A DNA stretch of 64,000 nt from Antedon mediterranea. Lineage: Eukaryota; Animalia; Echinodermata. The position numbers and the translations under genes are program-made. The notes beneath the pieces are model-generated. The model saw only the letters and a list, made by a program, of their open reading frames with translations, did no database searches and had not been told where the DNA came from. The stretch is from assembly GCF_964355755.1 (NCBI RefSeq), contig NC_092673.1:27525648-27589647 (forward strand), in the 5' to 3' direction. The number at the start of each line of letters is the position of its first letter. The stretch's first letter is position 1. Positions 25,501-39,400 of the stretch are shown piece by piece.

Positions 25501-28500
25501 CTATTTTTCTCCCAATTTAAGGACGCAGTCGTAAAGAATATCGCGTAGCAATAGATATCGTTCGCCTGTCTCCAGAAGGCTGATGGTTGGTGTATTCGTC
25601 ACAAATCCGTAGCCTAACTTTAATTCGGGATTTCCAAAGGCTTCCTGGCCACCTGCCCCGCTGTGTCCAAAAGCTTTACCAATCTTTAGTGAAATGAAAA
25701 CCAAAGCAATGTTATTTCAATAACGCAATTATCCAAAAGTATATATATTGTGATGTTTTTGTCTTCATATGGTTTCCGTTCTTAGTAACAGCTTGTGTGA
25801 CCTGTATATTGTTTAAGATTCAAGATTCAAGATTCAGCTTTATTTCGTCCACATAGGAAAATATTTTGAGTGGTTTTCACAATTATAGTACAAAAGTATA
25901 TAAAACGTTTCAAATAAAAATAATTAATTATAATATTTAAAAACACTATATTTTATGTACAAGAAATGATCGGATCCCAGAGCTATGTGGCAAGAAATGC
26001 GGAGGAGGTCTAGGTTTATATATAAACAGAAATTGGTGCACAAATATTACTGTAAAAAAATCAATCTGTGAGAGAAATATCGAGCTTTTATGCATATCGC
26101 TTAGACCGTACTACCTTTCTAGGGAGTTTAATCAAATCCATGTGATCCTGATTTATGTTCCACCCGACGCAAATGCGGATGAAGCCGCTCGTATTGTCGG
26201 AGATACTGTGAGTAATATCAGAGGCGTCCCCTTTAAGCTTGGATCCCACTAGAGAGGTAATGCAAGGTGGTGTGACCAATCAAAAACGATTATTATTTGA
26301 ATTGTGGCATGTCATTGGTCAACTCAGTGCGCTGCGTCTCTAGTGTGAACCACGCTTTAAGCTTGGTTCCCACTAGGTCGCATGACAAAACGAAAGTACG
26401 GTAAGCGTGCTGCAATTATTATGACCGATCACGAAATGGATCGAGTAATTAAACCAATCATGACGCATTTGATCTTTCGTTTCGTTTCGTTTCGTATCCA
26501 TCACGTCGTGATTGGTCAATTTAATTGCGTTTAGCGTACGTCCTTTGCGTTGTCATGCGTCCAAATGCGAACAAGTAAATATAATAAGTGTTGCTTTATT
26601 TTCACTGACGAGAAGGTTTCAAACACATTTACCGGAATTTTGCTTATAGCCACGCCAGGTCCCCACTCCACATCTACCATGATTACTTTGTCCATGCCCT
26701 TCGTAACGACTGTATTCAATTGTTTCACTGATTTCTCGGACATGATCCTCTTCCCGTTCAATTCCCCTCCGTTTGCCAAGATGCCATATAATTTAGCTAG
26801 ACCCTCCGCCGTAGCAACACCAAACGCAGACGGAACTTCAACAATTCTGTTCTCGGGATCGTTTAGTGCGTATGCCTGAAATGTATAACCTGATAGTTTA
26901 ATACTACTTTAAGTTATCTCCCTACCCCGTACTTCACCCTGTCTGCCTCTCTCTCCCCTCTCCCCAGCTGACACTCAGCTGTCAAAATTCCCCAAACTTA
27001 CATTTGACATCATTGGTCCCATATTCTTCATAATCTTATTCCACAAAGTGTCTTCTCCACGAAAAATCGACCCTAATATGGTCGATCGCATCAATGGAGT
27101 ACTGATTACTGTCAACATTTGTCTGGCAGTGTATTTGGTTTCCTCCATTCGCGCTGCTCTGTAAAATAGCTCTTTGCGAAGTCCAAAATGGATGTCAATT
27201 CCTTAAAATAAAAAGACATTTGTTCACTACTATATATGCTGCACATTCAAAGGTAACAGCATAATAAAGGCAGGACAATTCAAGTTTGAAAGAAATTAAA
27301 CTTGGCTGAAAAGATACTCACCAAATGGTACCTCCAATTCATCATGAACAAACTGACCAAGAGTTCTATGTTTCGGGTCAACTTTCCTTAAAAGAACGCC
27401 ACAGAAGGACGCCATAGTTATAGCGTGGTAGCCATGTCCAGTACCTATCTCCCATTGTGGCACAGAGTCTGCCAGAACATCAGCCAGACGATCGTGATCT
27501 CGAAACAAATCCCAAGAAAGCGTTTCATTTGGAAATGGAATCCCTGCCTATATGCCATTAATAAAAGGAAACGTCTTATACAACATTCTATGTACATCAG
27601 TGTATTTGAGACCCTATTAGTATTACTGTTGCAGAAATTTGGATTCGTGTTGTGAATCATGATATCGTAACAGGAATTCCGTATGTTACGAAAAGAATTA
27701 GGACCACATGTGTCATTAAACTTGGCATTATAGATATAACATATACCGTATAAACCCAGTAATTGTAGTTCGAGGACACCATTTTAACCCGGACTGGCGC
27801 TGGAACCAGCCAGGTTGGGAGGTTGTCAAAAATCTGTCAAATTCAGAAGAGATATCGTTGAACATACGTACCTGATGGCTGATGAGCATCTCAACAGTCA
27901 CATCTTGTTTTCCATGCTTACCAAACTCCGGCCAGTACTTTACAACCTTATCACTGTACTTTAGTAGACCTCGATCGACTAACATGGCGACGGCTATAGC
28001 TGCCACACCCTTACCGCTCGAGTAAATGTTAGGGAGTGTGTCTGGTTTCCATGGTCGATGGGCCTCCTTGTCAGCATAGCCACCCCAGATGTCGACCACC
28101 TTCTTACCTTTATGGTACGCCGCAAAAGCTGATCCACCATCAGACGGTTCTATGCCATTTGAGTAATGTTCCCTGCAAAATTATTTGTTATACTTTGAAT
28201 ATTACTGGATAGTACGCTACCAGCAATTTCTAGGCTATAATAATGGTGGGCATGTTAATCAATGTATGAATGGCAATATAAACGCAATATTGTTCTGTCC
28301 TGGAAAAATTGCAAATTAAAGTACTGGGCTAAACTGTTTTGTATAGGAGCTATCGGATTTCAAATGATCTATATTGATTGTATTATGTTTCGGACTGATA
28401 AGGCGTACTAACGCTGTTATATATACAGAAACGTAACCCAAACAACCCGAATAATATCGAGAGTATAGGCCTACTCACCTGAATGCTTCAAAAACTCTTT

Positions 28501-28621
28501 CGAAGCCTGGTTCCACTCGGCCGTCAAATATAACTGGCAACTTCTCCTTCCATAGTCCTGGTAGATACAAGACAACTATGGCAGTAACAGCTACGAGTAA
28601 GGCCTGCTTTAAGATCGACAT
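25501..28621 (-). CDS. Beta-lactamase-fold serine hydrolase (class C/EstB/LovD-like), paralog A, ~431 aa; exons 28621-28479, 28172-27872, 27547-27322, 27201-27002, 26875-26633, 25683-25501
   Basis: Hydrophobic N-terminus MSILKQALLVAVTAIVVLYLP. Motifs: VVDIWGGYAD, SxxK (YSSGKG), YWPEFGKHGK, LISHQAG, HGYHA (catalytic Tyr) and FGHSG. Exon lengths 143+301+226+200+243+183 = 1296 nt, in frame. Confidence 0.92.
25975..26225 (+). mobile_element. Fragment of a Rex1-like LINE APE endonuclease in the last intron of hydrolase A
   Basis: + strand reads GKKCGGGLGLYINRNWCTNI...LLCISLRPYYLSREFNQIHVILIYVPP. This is homologous to GGGGLCLYINEKYC...IRPYYLPREFSHVINVMVYIP in the 11405-14443 ORF. Confidence 0.8.
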
Positions 28622-29231
28622 ACTGCCTTGCTATAAATGCTGTGTGCAATGTTTAACAAGTTGTGCAATTATGTTATTCAACGTGGCGATGATATTATAT
28701 TTAAACTATTACTTGTTTAAACAATGATTAGGCCTAAGGTTTATTTTTACTTGACCTGTTGTACTGTGTGTTTACCTTAAGGGTTTACACAGACGGGTTC
28801 TTTCAAATAATTCAGTCATGTTATAACGACTGTATTAATGTATTGACTCTCCTTTAAAGATATATTGAACTATGTTAATTTTTGTTGTTGAATATTTTAA
28901 TGCAGAATTTGAAATACAGCATAAAGGTATCTCCATGAATACATAAAATAAAAGTAAATGCCAATTGAATATTTTATTGCAAACAGTTTTTTATACCTTG
29001 ATCTTTTAAAAACGATTATCGAAAACAATTATTAAATACATTTAATGTCATTAAAGTGGAGAAGAAGACATTCGGCGCAGAATTTACACATTATGACGTC
29101 ATAGTACTAGTAGCATTTTGCACCAGTGGAAAGATGTTTGGTTCAACCATGGACCTATAAATTAGATGTATAGGTCCATGGTTGAACACACAGTAGATAA
29201 AAGAGACCGTGGAATATGATTATGTTTACTC

Positions 29232-32035
29232 CTATTTTTCTCCCAATTTTCTGACACAGTCGTAAAGTATGTCGCGTAGCAATAGATATCGTTCGCCGTC
29301 TTCCGTAAGGCTAATGGTCGGTGTATTCGTCACATATCCGTAACCTAGTTTTAATTCGAGATTTCCGAAGCCTTCTTGGCCACCTACTCCGCTGTGTCCA
29401 AACGCTTTACCAATCTGTGAAATTGAAACCAAATCATGTTATTTCAAATATATATTGTAATCAACATTCATTTTTTTAAATTATTTAAACCAATATAAAG
29501 CCTTATATAAATATACTCAATGCCAAGTATTTAGTATATTACTATTATATACTATAGGCCTATTGCTAGATATACGAATATTCTTCAAAGTGCAGTTTGA
29601 TTTACCGGAGTTTTACTGATAATCACACCATGTCCCAACTCAACATCTATCATAACAACTTTGTCCATGCCCTTAGTAACGACTGTATTCAACTGTTTAA
29701 CTGCTTTCTCGGACATAATCCTCTTCCCGTTCAATTCCCCTCCGTTGACCAAGATGCTGTATAGTTTAGCTAGGGCCTCGGCTGTGCCAACACCAAACGC
29801 TGACGGAACTTCAACAATTCTGTTCTCGGGATCATTTAATTTGTATGGCTGAAATTATATAAAAAGTTTCATCAGATATTTTCATATCAAAACTTATGTT
29901 TAGTAACTCAGGAAAAGTTAGGAAACGGTATCCATAGGAAATGCATGATTCGCATGTATGACACGCCCGGGAAGACATAATAATATCCGGTGTCGAGACC
30001 GCTTGTGTCGAGTTTACTCATAGCCTGTATCGAGTTACCACCGCTCGTTTTGAGTTTATGAGTTTACCCACCGCTCGTGTCATGTCACCCACCAACGCTA
30101 ATGTCAATATACCTCCCGCTCCACTCGCTCATGTATAGGCACTCACTCAAACTTACATTCATCAACAGTTGTTCCGTATTCTTAAGCATTTTGTCATATA
30201 ATGTATCGCTTCCGCCAAACAATGATTTAAAAATGTAGGAGCGCATCAATGGATTATTAATTATTACAGATAACATTTGACTGGTAGTGTATTTGTCTTC
30301 CTCCATCCGTGTCGCTCTATAAAATAGCTCTTTGCGAAGTCCAAAATGGATGTCAATTCCTTAAAATATAAAAATGTTTACTGTTATTTTTTAAAACAAA
30401 CAATATTTTGATATCCTGTTTACCAGCGCACGTGCTACCAAAACCCTGTCCACACTGCAGAAAATATTTCATGCGTCATGAGGGTAAAACAATATATTAA
30501 GACAGTGAGTACAGTATATGTACAACTGCCGGGTTGTTATAATGGTTTGTTGAAATGAGAATGAGGATTTTTAGAGACGTTTATTTTGTCGAGAAAAGAG
30601 ATAATTACCAAATGGTACTTCCAATTCATCGTGAACAAACTGTCCAAGAGTTCTATGTTTCGGGTCAACTTTCCTTAAAAGAACGCCACAGAAAGAGGCC
30701 ATCGTCAAAGCGTGGTAGCCATGTCCAGTACCTATCTCCCATTGTGGCACAGAGTCTGCCAGAACATCAGCCAGGCGATCATGATCTCGAAACAAATCCC
30801 AAGAAAGCGATTCATTTGGAAAAGGAATGCCGGCCTACGTCATCAATTAAAAGAAGAAAACATTATCTTATGAATATTGATAACGTTTTTATGTATATCT
30901 ACTCTAGGCAGTTACTCATTAATGTCAGATATACCATTAGTAATAGGCAGCTAGCCATTTTTACTTAAAGTCTATGGCTGGTTTACTTCGGGTGGTCAAT
31001 GCAGGAATGTAGGATTGTAGGAATAGATTTGCCTGTATAATAATCATTGAGAGGGGGCACAATTCAACTTGGCGGCAGTGCCGAGAGTATTGGAACCAGG
31101 TAGATCCAGGTATCGGTCGTGCCTACGTACCTGATGGCTGAGCAGCGTTTCAACAGTCACATCTTGTTTGCCATGCTTACCAAACTCCGGCCAGTACTTT
31201 ACAACCTTATCACTGTACTTTAGCAGACCTCGATCGACTAACATGGCGACGGCTATAGCTGCCACACCCTTACCGCTCGAGTAAATGTTATGGAGTATGT
31301 CTGGTTTCCATGGTCGATGGGCCTCCTTGTCAGCATAGCCACCCCAGATGTCAACCACCTTTTTACCTTTATGGTACGCCGCAAAAGCTGAGCCACCATC
31401 AGACGGTTCTATGCCATTTCTGTAATGCTCTCTAAACAAAATGTGTAAGGCTTACTACCAAATAAACAATAGGCTCATATTGTATAAGCTTATGCCATCT
31501 ATGATATTCATGACTGTCATCATTTTGCTGTAGGCCTAAATAAAGTTTTTTGACATTGAATATCTGTGTTTTTTGCTCCAAAGCTCTGTCTACACTATTC
31601 AGTTTGACAAAAAAAAAATGTATGTGTCCAAATAATGGTAGTGATACCCAAATATGGTAGTGATATGACATGATTGTAGTAGACAGAGCTTTACACGCGC
31701 GCGAAGTATACCTTATTTAAACCATATCCTGTATGTAGATAATACGCTCAGTATATTAGTGTATAGGAGCTGTTTTCAATAGGATTATAGTAGTTGACCT
31801 TTATTGTATTGTATATTGCTACTGTAGGCTGCATTATAACGCTGTGTATATTTCAACACTATAGCATATCTATACATGAATACAGTACTCACTTGAATGC
31901 TTCAAATACTCTTTCGAAGCCTGGTTCCACTCGACCGTCAAATATAACTGGCAACTTCTCCTTCCATAGTCCTGGTAGATACAAGACAGCTATGGCAGTA
32001 ACAGCTACGACTAAGGCCTGCTTTAGGATCGACAT
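29232..32035 (-). CDS. Beta-lactamase-fold serine hydrolase, paralog B, ~432 aa; exons 32035-31893, 31431-31131, 30834-30609, 30359-30157, 29848-29606, 29414-29232
   Basis: Same exon structure (143/301/226/203/243/183 nt) and motifs (YSSGKG, HGYHA, FGHSG) as paralog A; a direct tandem duplicate. Confidence 0.92.
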
Positions 32036-33440
32036 ACTGCCTTGCTATAAATGCTGTGTAATCAATATTACTCAAAGTCTAGTCAGATATTTTTATCACG
32101 ACCTCGGGTAAACACTGGTTGAATACCCTGGGACACGTAGGCTTTTAAGCTTGGTTCCCACGGACACAAAACGCAATTAGGACGTAAGCGGTCCAAACAA
32201 TTTGAGCAATCACGACGTGGTGGATCGTCTGAACTGCCGCTTATGATTTATGGCGTAATTACTTTGTGAACTAAGTTGAGACAATTAATGCAATATACTC
32301 ACGTTATAACTAAATTATTAATTTATTGACTCTCACTTAATGAACAGCAATTACAATATTGTAGTGCGGTAAAATTAAAAATGTATTGTGTTAAAGAATC
32401 CCAAACTTTAATAAATTTGCTTGCTTAAACTTGCTTATAATGTACATAAATAGATATCCCATTAAAAATATAATCTTAATAATTAAAATAGTAACATTTC
32501 TTCTACTTAGTCCTAAACTATTTAAATTTACTTTTCATACATTCCTTTTCAACTATTTGTATGCCCGCATATTATGGTGATTTACTATTAAAACCTTTTA
32601 TTGTAATCACGTATTTATCATTGTTGATTATGAAATTGTTTACTACTATCACTGTGTAATTTTTTTGATATTTGGAAGAACATTGTGGCCTAATTTCTGA
32701 AACTCTTTGTAAACCGATAATCATAATTATTAAGGTATACTTTATTCATTCAAATGAAAAAAAGCCAAATGCTTGTCGCACAGTGAAGACACACAGCAAT
32801 AGGGAAACAAACAAAATCTATACTATTTAACTATTTTGTTACTACCTTCTAACCCGTGCTCCTGTATAATATGACTGGTATATTTACTTTACCAAAGCTT
32901 AAGACTGAAAGAACAAAGACATTCATCTTGGGAGATTTCCACCATTGGAATGTTCCCATCTCAATTGTATACATTCTATAAAATATTCTAACTAACTTTT
33001 TTTTAAATCAAATTGTTATTAATTTCTATATCAAAATTAGGCCTAATTTAAAAAAATGTTTTTGTGTAACTTTTTTATCTTAATTCTTTATCTTTTTTTA
33101 ATAACTCTTTTATATAGTGTAATATTCAATCTCAATTATTTATTGCAATTATTCCGAATTTTTAACCTTTATTTAAATATTAGCAATAGTTAACAACAGG
33201 TGATCTTTTAAATTGCTCATATTTACCAATATGAATTCTGTAAATACAACAACTAGCCGTTAATCGGGAAGTTCCAGATTTAAGACAATATGCAATGACT
33301 TTCACGCATTTCCAAAAGAACGTCTCTATTGCCTACCCATTATATGAATCCTACGGCGCAAAAATTTGAAAAATAGATAACAAGATTCGTTCTTATCTTA
33401 TTTTAACATTGATTTATGAGTAAATTTACGGAATTCAAAT

Positions 33441-36400
33441 TTAGGTTTCACTCAATTTCAATGGCAACACAGCTTCCTTATTCAATGCCTTTTCCAGCAA
33501 AAGCTTCGTTGTAATGCCACCAAGGATATCCAACTGTGACACGACAACGTTAAGCTCTTTACTAGCCCACGTCACCATTTCGACTGCCATCAGCGAATCG
33601 ACACCGTAGTTGATCATTGGTTGGTTGACGTCAATGGTTTCAGGCTCAACACAGAGCAATTTACCCATCTTTTGTTTAACGTTCTTTTCGATGTCTTCTA
33701 GGCTTAGAGAGCAATCGGTTTTAGCGACCTGTTGGCCCGTTGCCAGATGTACGAATTTCATGCTTTCAGGGTATACAAACATTTGCATCACATTCCAGTC
33801 CTGAAAAGAAAAATGGTAGACAATATCAACTAAAGTTCCAAGATACAGTGCGTTGTATCATATTTAAGTTGCTGATACACGCGTTATACTAGGTTCTAGG
33901 ACACCTACCCCCTAGACAGTTACCCCCCGGATATTTACCACCCGGACAACTACCCCCTTAGGACAACTACCCCCTTAGGACAACTACCCCCTTAGGACAA
34001 CTACCCCCTTAGGACAACAACCCCCCGGACAACTACCCCCCGGACAACTACCCCCTTAGGATAACTACCCCTCGGATAACTACCCCCCGGTCAACTACCC
34101 CCCGGTCAACTACCCCCCCCCCAATCCAAAAGTAGACAAACGGTTTCTGTAAAAATTAAATCATCTGTTTTTAACGGGTGTTTCGAAACTAGAGACCCGA
34201 GACCTGACACGAGACCCAATACGAAAAGGGAGACCTATATTGGGTCTCCCTTTTCGTATATTAGGGTCTCCCTTTTCGTATAGTGTGGTCTCTCTTTTCG
34301 TATAGTGGGGTCTCCCTTTTCGTATATTTGGGTCTCCCTTTTCGTATATTTAGGTCTCCCTTTTCGTATATTAGGGTCTCTCTTTTCGTATAGTGGGGTC
34401 TCCCTTTTCGTACGTGGGTCTCTCTTTTCGTATATTTAGGTCTCCCTTTTCGTATTGGGTCTCGGGTCTCTGGTCTCGGGTCTCTAGTTTCGAAACACCC
34501 GTTTTTAACCGATTATTCTGTTTAACAGCACGCTAGACCCTAGATGTGCTAGATTTAAAGTACCGTATTTATTGACAAAACGGCCTGGGCTGTTTATTGT
34601 TTAGGTGGTTTTTAGGTGGACATTTATTGGAAGAAAGTTGTTTATTCAATGGGAGGGGGTATAATCTAATGGAAATAGACGCCGATTATTAATTCCATAT
34701 GATGTTTCATGGGAGTGACATGATCACCGTTTATTTGAGGGGAATTTATTTAAAGATCGCCGTTTATTCGGTGAGTGAACATTGAGGTCAAATATCAAAA
34801 GTGATATTATTCTTCAAGTGTACAAAAATACAAAATGACAAATTTGAGACAAAAATTAATTCTTTTAAGACCAGTGGTTATCGAAGCATTGTCCTGACGC
34901 AAAAATTATTATTATTATTAGCGAACCCAGTTTTTACAGTAAATACAGGGAGTACTATATAATACGTTCGACTATCCTATGATCATGTGTGACAATCTTC
35001 AGTTTATACCAGGCTATATTTATGTTCAATCTTTTACTTTTGTTTACAATAATGAATAGTAATTCGTCAAAGTAACGAATTAAAATATAGTTATTAATTC
35101 CTATTATACGCTGTTGCAGAGTCAGGTTGTTGAATGGTCTGGGTGGTAGTTGTCCGTCCGGGATGTAGTTGTTCTAAAGGGATAGTTTTCTGGGTGGTAG
35201 TTGTCCAGGGGTTAGTTGTCCTACGGAGGTAGTTGTCCTAAAAGATTATTTGCCCTCGGAGTATTTTCCAGGAAGTAGTTGTCCTACGGGGAGTATTGTG
35301 TCAGAGGTAGTTGTCCGGGGGGTAATTGTCCGGGGGGTAATTGTTCCTAGGGGGTAATTGTCCGGGGGGTAGTTGTCCGGGGGGTAGTTGTCCTAAGGGG
35401 GTTGTTGTCCTAAGGGGGTAGTTGTCCGGGGGGTATTTGTCCGGGGGGTAGTTGTCCTAAAGGGGTAGTTGTCCTAAGGGGGTAGTGGTCCAGGTGGTGG
35501 TTGTCCGGGGGGTAGTTTTCCGGGTGGTAAATGTCCAGGGGGTGAATATCCGGATACGGTTATACTAGCATCCTAGCAATACAACGCGTTATCGGAAAAG
35601 ATACACAGTGAGAATCCATTGCGTTGTCTTTTGTTGTTATAATTATGTTTAGCATTCGGTCAACGAAATGTCACTTTTTACTCTTTCTTTTACTCTCATT
35701 TTGAAAAAAAGGAGTGCTTTCCGAACACTTGCCATTTCTCTCTGTTTTCTTAATAATATTTTGCCAAATATAATAAATTTGAACATGATATTTGCAATGT
35801 AGTATACTATTTAAAATAATGACCACGTACCTGATTTGCAAGATAAACAGCGGCCGGTTGATTAGATGATTGCAGAAGATTCGACAATCCTTCTAAGAAC
35901 TCATCGACGTGTAGTGACAGGTGACCTCTCATGTTCAGAGCCTGTGCAACACCGGATTTATCTTCTAAATATCCCGCTCCTCTTACGGGACTCAACTGTA
36001 CACTGAGTGCTGGTAGACCATCGTCTCTTCTTTTTGCAGCAAGAGCATCCAGGAAGTTGTTTGCTGCTATGTACATAGACTGTGATGAATTGCCACACAT
36101 AGTAGTCACAGACGATAGTAAGAAGAATATTTCAAGATTCATGTCTTTTGTGACATCGTGCAAGTGCTGGGCACTACCAGCCTTTGATGACAGAATGTTG
36201 TCAATTTCTGAATTGGTCAAGCTCTGGAATGTCTCCTCCATAATAAATCCAGCCAAGTGAAACACACCTTTAATCTCTGGTGCATGTTCACTCTGTAATC
36301 CCTTCATCAAGGCTAGGACATTATCCTTTATGCTTAAATCTAATGAGTACTTGTATACATTGACACCTTTGGCTTCGAGGTATTTTAGGGTCCGTCTACC

Positions 36401-39400
36401 AGACGAATTTCGACAACCACGGCGAGAAACTAAAGCGATATGCTTCGCTCCTTTATTCGCCAACCATCTAGCCATTGCTTGTCCAATGCCGCCAAATCCA
36501 CCAGTGACGATGTACGTTACGTTTTGTTTGAACAGCTTGGTTGTTGGGTTTATTTTGGGAGGTTGTATCTCATCCGGGATATTGAATACTACTTTACCAA
36601 TATGAGATCCTTTGGCGGTTCTCGCAAACACCTCTTGGTATTCTTCAATCGACGAGACTTCAAATCTGATTGGTTTGAAGATTCCATTTTGGAATTTGTT
36701 TGACACTTCAGTCAAAAGCTTACTTGCTCGTGGTTTGTCTAGATCAATCATGATGTCAATTTGACTTGATATAAATGTCTTATTCTCAAGTAGCATCTGC
36801 ATCTGGAGATTTGAATTCTGTAGAATGTCACGCTTTCCGATCTCACAGAACCTTCCCCCAGGAGCAAGGCATTCGATACCTTTGACCAAGAGGTCTCCAC
36901 TTAGCGAGTTCAACACAACGTCAACACCGCGACCGCTTGTCCACTGCATGATATCATTGTAAAACTCATCTGATCTTGAGTCAGATACATACCTGATGCC
37001 TAATTTTTCTTTAAGGTATTCTCGTTTCTTAACAGATCCAGCTGTACATATGATGTTAGCCTTGGCCATTCTGGCAACCTGTATTGCACTTAGTCCTACC
37101 CCACCACAGGCTGAATGTATTAGGACGGTTTCTCCTGGCTGCAGATTAGCACGTTCTATTAAACTGTGATACGAGGTAGAAAATATTATTCCTATACCTG
37201 AACTCTCATCCCAGGTTAAATTGGATGGCTTTTTTACCACAAGTTGAGCATCACATATTGAATGAGAAGCGAAACAATGATCCCCAAAACCAATAACTTC
37301 ATCACCTTCTTTAAGGTTTACTACACCTTTACCAACTTTCTCTACAATGCCACTTAGTTCCAGACCGAACTGCTTCTCTTCAGTCTTTATCAACGCATTA
37401 AGCATACCCAGTGCCATCATCACATCTTTGAAGTTCAGAGCTGCACTCTTGATTCTAACCAGTACTTTTCCATCATCAGGAATCATTTCATTCAGGTATG
37501 AAACGCCTAAGTCGTCTAAAGAAGCTAGCGCCGAAGATGAACTTTGGGTTAACTGCCAGTACTTCTTATTCGTTGATACGCTTTCCATATTGATGTTTGT
37601 GGGGATTATTCTAGGATAGAAGTATGCACCATCTCGAATAGCGATTTCTCTTTCTTTGTGATCATATGACATGATGTATTTTGCAGCAAGTTCAGCCTGT
37701 GCGCGCGAAGAACTTTTACTCTCAATGTCAATGGAATAAACTGGAGCATTGAACTGGTTTGTGATAGCCCGAACAACGCCAATGGCTTTGCTCCCTTCTA
37801 TGTTTTGTGATCTATTATTCGAATCAGTGGTTATAACCCATATTTTCTGGAAAGCTTCTGACGAATTATCAACTTGTTGAAAGAGCTTGAAGAGATCATG
37901 ACAGTTACTATCATTTGAGTTCCACAAGTATATTACTTCGGTTTTGTCTGTTTCTGTATTATTGATGAGAATACCTTTGTTGATATCTGTTAATGGTTGA
38001 ATTATAACTTCTGCACTAAGACATTTGCTTAGACAGTCAGCAACAACATTTGTTTTTCTGTCAGTGAAAATCAAATAGCGCTGACATTCTGTGTTTTGAT
38101 CAATTGTTTTGATGCCTTTATGTACTGTTAAAGAACGTTTTCGCCCAAGAAACATGCTATGGAAAAATTCTCCAGTAGTTGTTTCTGATTCTACGTCAGC
38201 AAAGCCGTTGTTTACAAGCGCTTGTACCCATCCTTCTTTAGACAACCAGCAGGTGTTGGTTCTGAAGTCTTGATAGACCCAGCATAACTCAAGAGACCCG
38301 AATACAAGTTCAGCTACATAATGTGTATTTGTCGCCTCGTACATTAAGAACAAACCATCATCAGTCAGTAAATCTCGAATTCTACCAAGAGCAATATTGA
38401 CATCAACAACTGAATGAATTGTGTCCATACACACGATAAAGTCTACCGTACCAGGAACAAATCCCTGACTAGCTAGGTCCTTTTCTATGTCAAGTTGCTG
38501 ATACTTAACAAATGGATATTCCTCCAATGCGCTCTCTGCATGCATGAAAAATGTGACACTCAAATCTGTGAATATATACTCAACTCGCTTTTCTTCTCCA
38601 TACTTCTTTAGAGGTTCGAGTATGTATTGTGCAAGACCACCCATACGTCCACCAATCTCCAGAACACGCACTACTGATTTTTCTTTCAGTGCCTTTTGAA
38701 CAGCTCTGTCAATTATATCTGTACCTGCTTTGTAGAACAATCTTGTAGTAAGTGAATCCATGAAATAGCTCGGGAGACATTCTGGTCTGAAGAGAAGCTT
38801 CACAGCACTTCCTGGCTCTATAAGAGTTCTGGTGAAATTATCTCCAAGGTTTCTTATCATTCCAATTTCATGTTCAAGTTCTGGCACAGCTTTATAGAGC
38901 TCATCGAGGTTTCTATGAAGATCTTTGAATGGAATTGTTTTAACAGATGTATCGGCCGCTATGGCTCTCAGACGCTCTATATACAACGGGTGCACGTTGT
39001 AAGTTGAACTGTCGACCGTTTTAAGACCATGACGAATGTAAGACGCGCATATTGATCTAATTAAAGGCGCGAACTTTTCAGCCTTTCCTATGCCGTATGT
39101 TTCATCAGTGTGTATTCTTCTTTGAATAATATCATCGAACACCTCACAAACTACAGACGTGTTTCCCATACATGCAGATGAAGTTTGCCATATCGTCTTA
39201 TACAGGCATTCACCTAAATCGACATCTGAACGCGTCCCGTTGATGTTTTGGCATCTAACACCCGTAAGTTTTACCAATGTACAACCGTCACTAGTCGATA
39301 ATATGATATCACCAACCAAGAGCTTACTATCGCATTCTGTAACATTAGCATATGCCATTAGTTGTTGACCTGGTGGTATTTTAGGAACAAACATCTGAAG

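Noticed and set aside
25501-32035. Antibiotic-resistance beta-lactamases or bacterial contamination
   Set aside because: Both genes have five spliceosomal introns and sit among animal genes. The motifs fit esterase-like SxxK hydrolases that are common in invertebrates.
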